A DNA stretch of 64,000 nucleotides from Oopsacas minuta (Eukaryota; Animalia; Porifera), in assembly GCA_024704765.1 (NCBI GenBank), contig JAKMXF010000088.1, positions 310,001 through 374,000 on the forward strand. The letters run 5' to 3'. Below the pieces are notes generated by a model. It saw only the letters and a list, made by a program, of their open reading frames with translations, searched no databases and was not told the origin of the DNA. Position numbers and translations under genes: made by a program. Numbering within the stretch: the first letter of the stretch is position 1; every line of letters starts with the position of its first letter. This document shows, piece by piece, positions 60,467 through 64,000 of the stretch.

Positions 60467-60859
60467 TTAAGGTAGATGGGGCTGCTCGATAGATACCACG
60501 AGCTCCTGACGCCACTATGTATATATACAGCTAATGCCGTTCGCATAATAAAACTGGATAACCCATATAATAGAATAGAAAGTATCTTATTGCCCTATGC
60601 ACACCACTTAGATAGAAAATACAATCTTACTATTATTATGCACACCGAAAATATTCCAAAATTATTCCGTCATCTTTCCCACCAAGAATAAAGGAGATGG
60701 ATTATAGGCCAGTTTCTATTAATATTAAAGGACTTCAAAAAATATAGTTTAGTGAATTATTGAACAAAATAGGGAATCTTTATAAAGTATTGAACTATAT
60801 GAGTAAAATATCTATATGGGTGGAAATCCCTTATGACGTAATATGAGTCAGGATTGAAG

Positions 60860-61963
60860 TTATAACTCTGAGATTGCTTTCTCAAGCTTTTTAGTTCGTT
60901 TATCATCTGCTACTGGGGTAGTTGGCATACTTAGCTTATCATCAAATGATTTTGATATCCTCCTATGAATTTCCTTGGGGACATGGCATCTGTCGTTACT
61001 CTCTGGTGTGTTTTCCATTTCTTCAACTGATGTAATTGTGTTACTTTCTTGAAGTTCTCGAAGTTTGTTTTTTGTTTCTTCCAAGTCTCTTTTTAAAATT
61101 TGATTCTCTTGAGATAGGTTCTGATTTTGCTCAACAAGTTTCGTGTTTTGTAGTTCTAGCTCATCTTGTGTTTCGCCAAGTTCTTTAATCAAATTTTCGC
61201 GATTCTTTAAATCTTGTTGCACAAGGCGTCTCTCAATAGCAGACCAGCTTGAATCCTTATTTTTGTTTCCCTTCTTTTTGACAGAATGTTCAGCATTTGA
61301 ATCGAATGATACATGATTCTTCTTTATTTTTTTGGTGACAATTTTCGTAGAATTATTTTCACCTATATCTCTCGTCTCGTCTATAATGACGTCATTTGTA
61401 TGTTCAAATTCAGGATGATGAATTTGATGAGCGTCGTTTGATGGAAATTCTGGTATACTTTCATTTGGTTGGTGGAGGGTATTTGATATTGTTGAATGTA
61501 TAGTGAGACCGTCAATCGTTGCTTGTTTGATACCAACGTTTTTCAACTTTTTTTGTTCATTGTTCGACTGGTCATGTTCATCAATTGCCTTTGATTTGCC
61601 TAAACTGAATAAGTTTTTGATACTCTTCCGACTTTTTCGTTCAGTGTGGTCATCTTTATTTGGCTGTAGTTGCTGAATTTCGTCATTTTTACTTTTTGGT
61701 TTATTAGAAATTTTATGATGTTTTGTATGATTTTTAGGTCTGGTATCGAAAATGGAAATCAATGCACGAACACCCTTTAATGAATTTTGCTTCGGCAAGT
61801 GGTTAGGATTTGAATTAGACATTTCATTCATTTCAATCTCGTCTCGATCATTGTCATTTCTAGCGTTTTCGCTTGGTGGATTATCTCGTGTGAATCCAAC
61901 ACATTCTGGATTAGGTCTTTCAAAAGCTTCTAGACTAATTTCTAATGTATTACATTCAGCCAT
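60860..61963 (-). CDS. Orphan protein: disordered N-part and C-terminal coiled coil, intronless
   Basis: 367 aa ORF; WSAIERRLVQQDLKNRENLIKEL...LRELQE heptads. Confidence 0.7.
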   Translation of the reverse strand: MAECNTLEISLEAFERPNPECVGFTRDNPPSENARNDNDRDEIEMNEMSNSNPNHLPKQNSLKGVRALISIFDTRPKNHTKHHKISNKPKSKNDEIQQLQPNKDDHTERKSRKSIKNLFSLGKSKAIDEHDQSNNEQKKLKNVGIKQATIDGLTIHSTISNTLHQPNESIPEFPSNDAHQIHHPEFEHTNDVIIDETRDIGENNSTKIVTKKIKKNHVSFDSNAEHSVKKKGNKNKDSSWSAIERRLVQQDLKNRENLIKELGETQDELELQNTKLVEQNQNLSQENQILKRDLEETKNKLRELQESNTITSVEEMENTPESNDRCHVPKEIHRRISKSFDDKLSMPTTPVADDKRTKKLEKAISEL

Positions 61964-64000
61964 TGAGTCGTAACAAACTTATTGTACAAATTACTATACA
62001 TGTAATATTATACCTGGATATTTATACTGTAACAAAGATAGACACCTGGTTATTATTACTATCATCAGTCTACATACATAATATACCAGTAATCACATAC
62101 ATCATACACTGCAGGTTGATTGTTTGATATTATTATTATTATTATTATTAAGCATTGTCAAAGGAAGTAAAGTATTTTGGACTCATATGTGATTATTGTA
62201 AATTGATTACATAACGTTATAGGCGGTTTTTAAATTACCTACTTTTTTCCAGAGGAACTATCAAATGACCTGACGTCATTTGATGATTAGCCCAAAGTAA
62301 ACTTGTTTCTCATCGATGATTTCGGGGAAAGTTGGGCGTTGAACGGCCTTGATTTTTCGTTATTTATTAATTGTAGGGATATTGAGTAAGCACTACTTAT
62401 AAGAATATACTGTCAACTTCCGTGATAATTACTCCGATATAAGCGGGTATTTCAATAGATCCGTGTTTGATATAACAGGAGTTGACTGTAGTAGTCCACC
62501 TGATAGATATTGTAATTTACATTATATTATCTCGCATTTTATCCAATTATTTGATTGTTTGTAAACGCGTATCTGCAATTATTCAGTTATAACGATAATA
62601 GTACATGAAATATTTGTTTGGGGATATATGATCGGGGGCTGGCGGGGACGATAAACAAGTCAGTACACATGATCATATGAATATTGCTTATTAATAGTAT
62701 TGAATCATTGATATAGCAAATTTGGAAACGCGCAAACAATTGTGCGCATTATTATCTCAATAATTTCTAAATATAGTTTGAATTAAATATGCTAAATTGT
62801 ATTAAATAATATTTATAGAATTTTTTACAACGCCTTTCTCATAGATTGTCCTTCAACTCTGATTGATTATATCATCCACGCTCGTGAGGGCCCAATTCAT
62901 CCGCCAGCGTAGAACGTACATGATTTGCTTCCCCTTGTGACTGTACTGGCCACTAACATATAATTACTCGGGGTTGAATTGATATACTAGATAATAACTA
63001 GCCACCCTCTCTATAAAAGAGAGTAAGGATACAAGAATACCAAAATTTTTGGGTTTTCATATCACCAAAATTTTAGAATTAGTTGAACTAGCTCGGATAA
63101 GACGTACTCCTTCGGGAAACAAAAATTAGTATCTGCACGTCTTATCCGAATATGGACTGTATTGAAATGAGCGGGAGCTTAGATTTTTGGATGTAAGAAT
63201 TTCAGTATGTAATGTCAGCCTTGTCGTTATAATCAGAGAGCTTCGCAAGTGTCCTAATTATCCACAAGTATTCAATAATAATCTTCGAATATAACTTGTA
63301 TACAAACAGATTGAAACACTGAAACAATGCACTACTTATTCGATAGTTAATAACCTGGATCATCTTATTTCTTATTAACCCAATCAATTGTATAGGAAAG
63401 TCTATTGAAAGTAAATTTGTTATAGAAAGGCATTAATCCGTCTCTTGATCATTTGACTAGTTATACTGGTCCGGAGAGAGACGGTTATCTTACCTGGCTT
63501 AGCAGTCCGTGTTCATGAACGGCTCGCTAGCATAATTTTTGATTGGAAGTTCTTTAATGAACTTCCACTTTACTATAAAATATTAAAATAGAAATTACTC
63601 GAATTATTAGATTGCCAATTCAGTTTACCCCGCTAATCCAAGATCCCACAGCCTAGTACCAATTAAAGTAAAGTTTATAGAGTAACCTCCCGTTATAATC
63701 GAAGCTCAGCGGACTGCGATAATTTCTTTGATTAACCGAGGGAATACATGTTACTTTTATTGTTTTGGGTTTCGGCACTATATTTGATCCCTCAATAAGA
63801 TAAAGATATACAAGAATAATTATACTGTAAATGTTGGTTTATAAATAGCTCTCCACTACTACTTCCCAACAGATGATTAAGCGCTCCTCTTTTTTTAAGA
63901 CATAACCTTGGGGTGCGTCTTATCCGAAGGGTTGTATTCAATAAACGGGAGCTGAAAATTTGGATGTAAAAAAATCAGTATGTAATTTCAAACTTGTTAT

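Noticed and set aside
1-64000. Prokaryotic-type systems (operons, defence islands, rRNA/tRNA)
   Set aside because: Spliceosomal introns and animal-type genes throughout; no recognisable RNA genes.

Overview
AT-rich, gene-dense eukaryotic (animal) genomic DNA with short GT-AG introns. Gene content, compactness and intronless NHL-repeat paralogues suggest a sponge, possibly a glass sponge (inference, not verified). Recognisable genes: DPCD, a FAM166/CIMIP2-like ciliary protein, a C2H2 zinc-finger gene, ABCF3, HSPA5/BiP (7 exons, ending in RDEF), a two-HMG-box TFAM-like gene, an ODF3/CIMAP1-like protein, USH1G/SANS (about 10.8 kb, with a nested antisense gene), MDP1, a divergent intronless G-alpha and MIC10. 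There are also several orphan intronless coiled-coil ORFs and many short TIR elements (MITEs), mostly in introns. The most striking region is 12.7-27.1 kb: three near-identical intronless coiled-coil+NHL genes whose differences concentrate on the ligand-binding loops of the propeller and which are mosaics of one another. They are interleaved with one intact and two dead copies of an orphan 7TM gene, which looks like a diversifying receptor locus. A second candidate novelty is a SKAP-like helical dimerisation motif at the N-terminus of two unrelated-looking, probably nuclear proteins. No CRISPR, rRNA or tRNA genes were seen.
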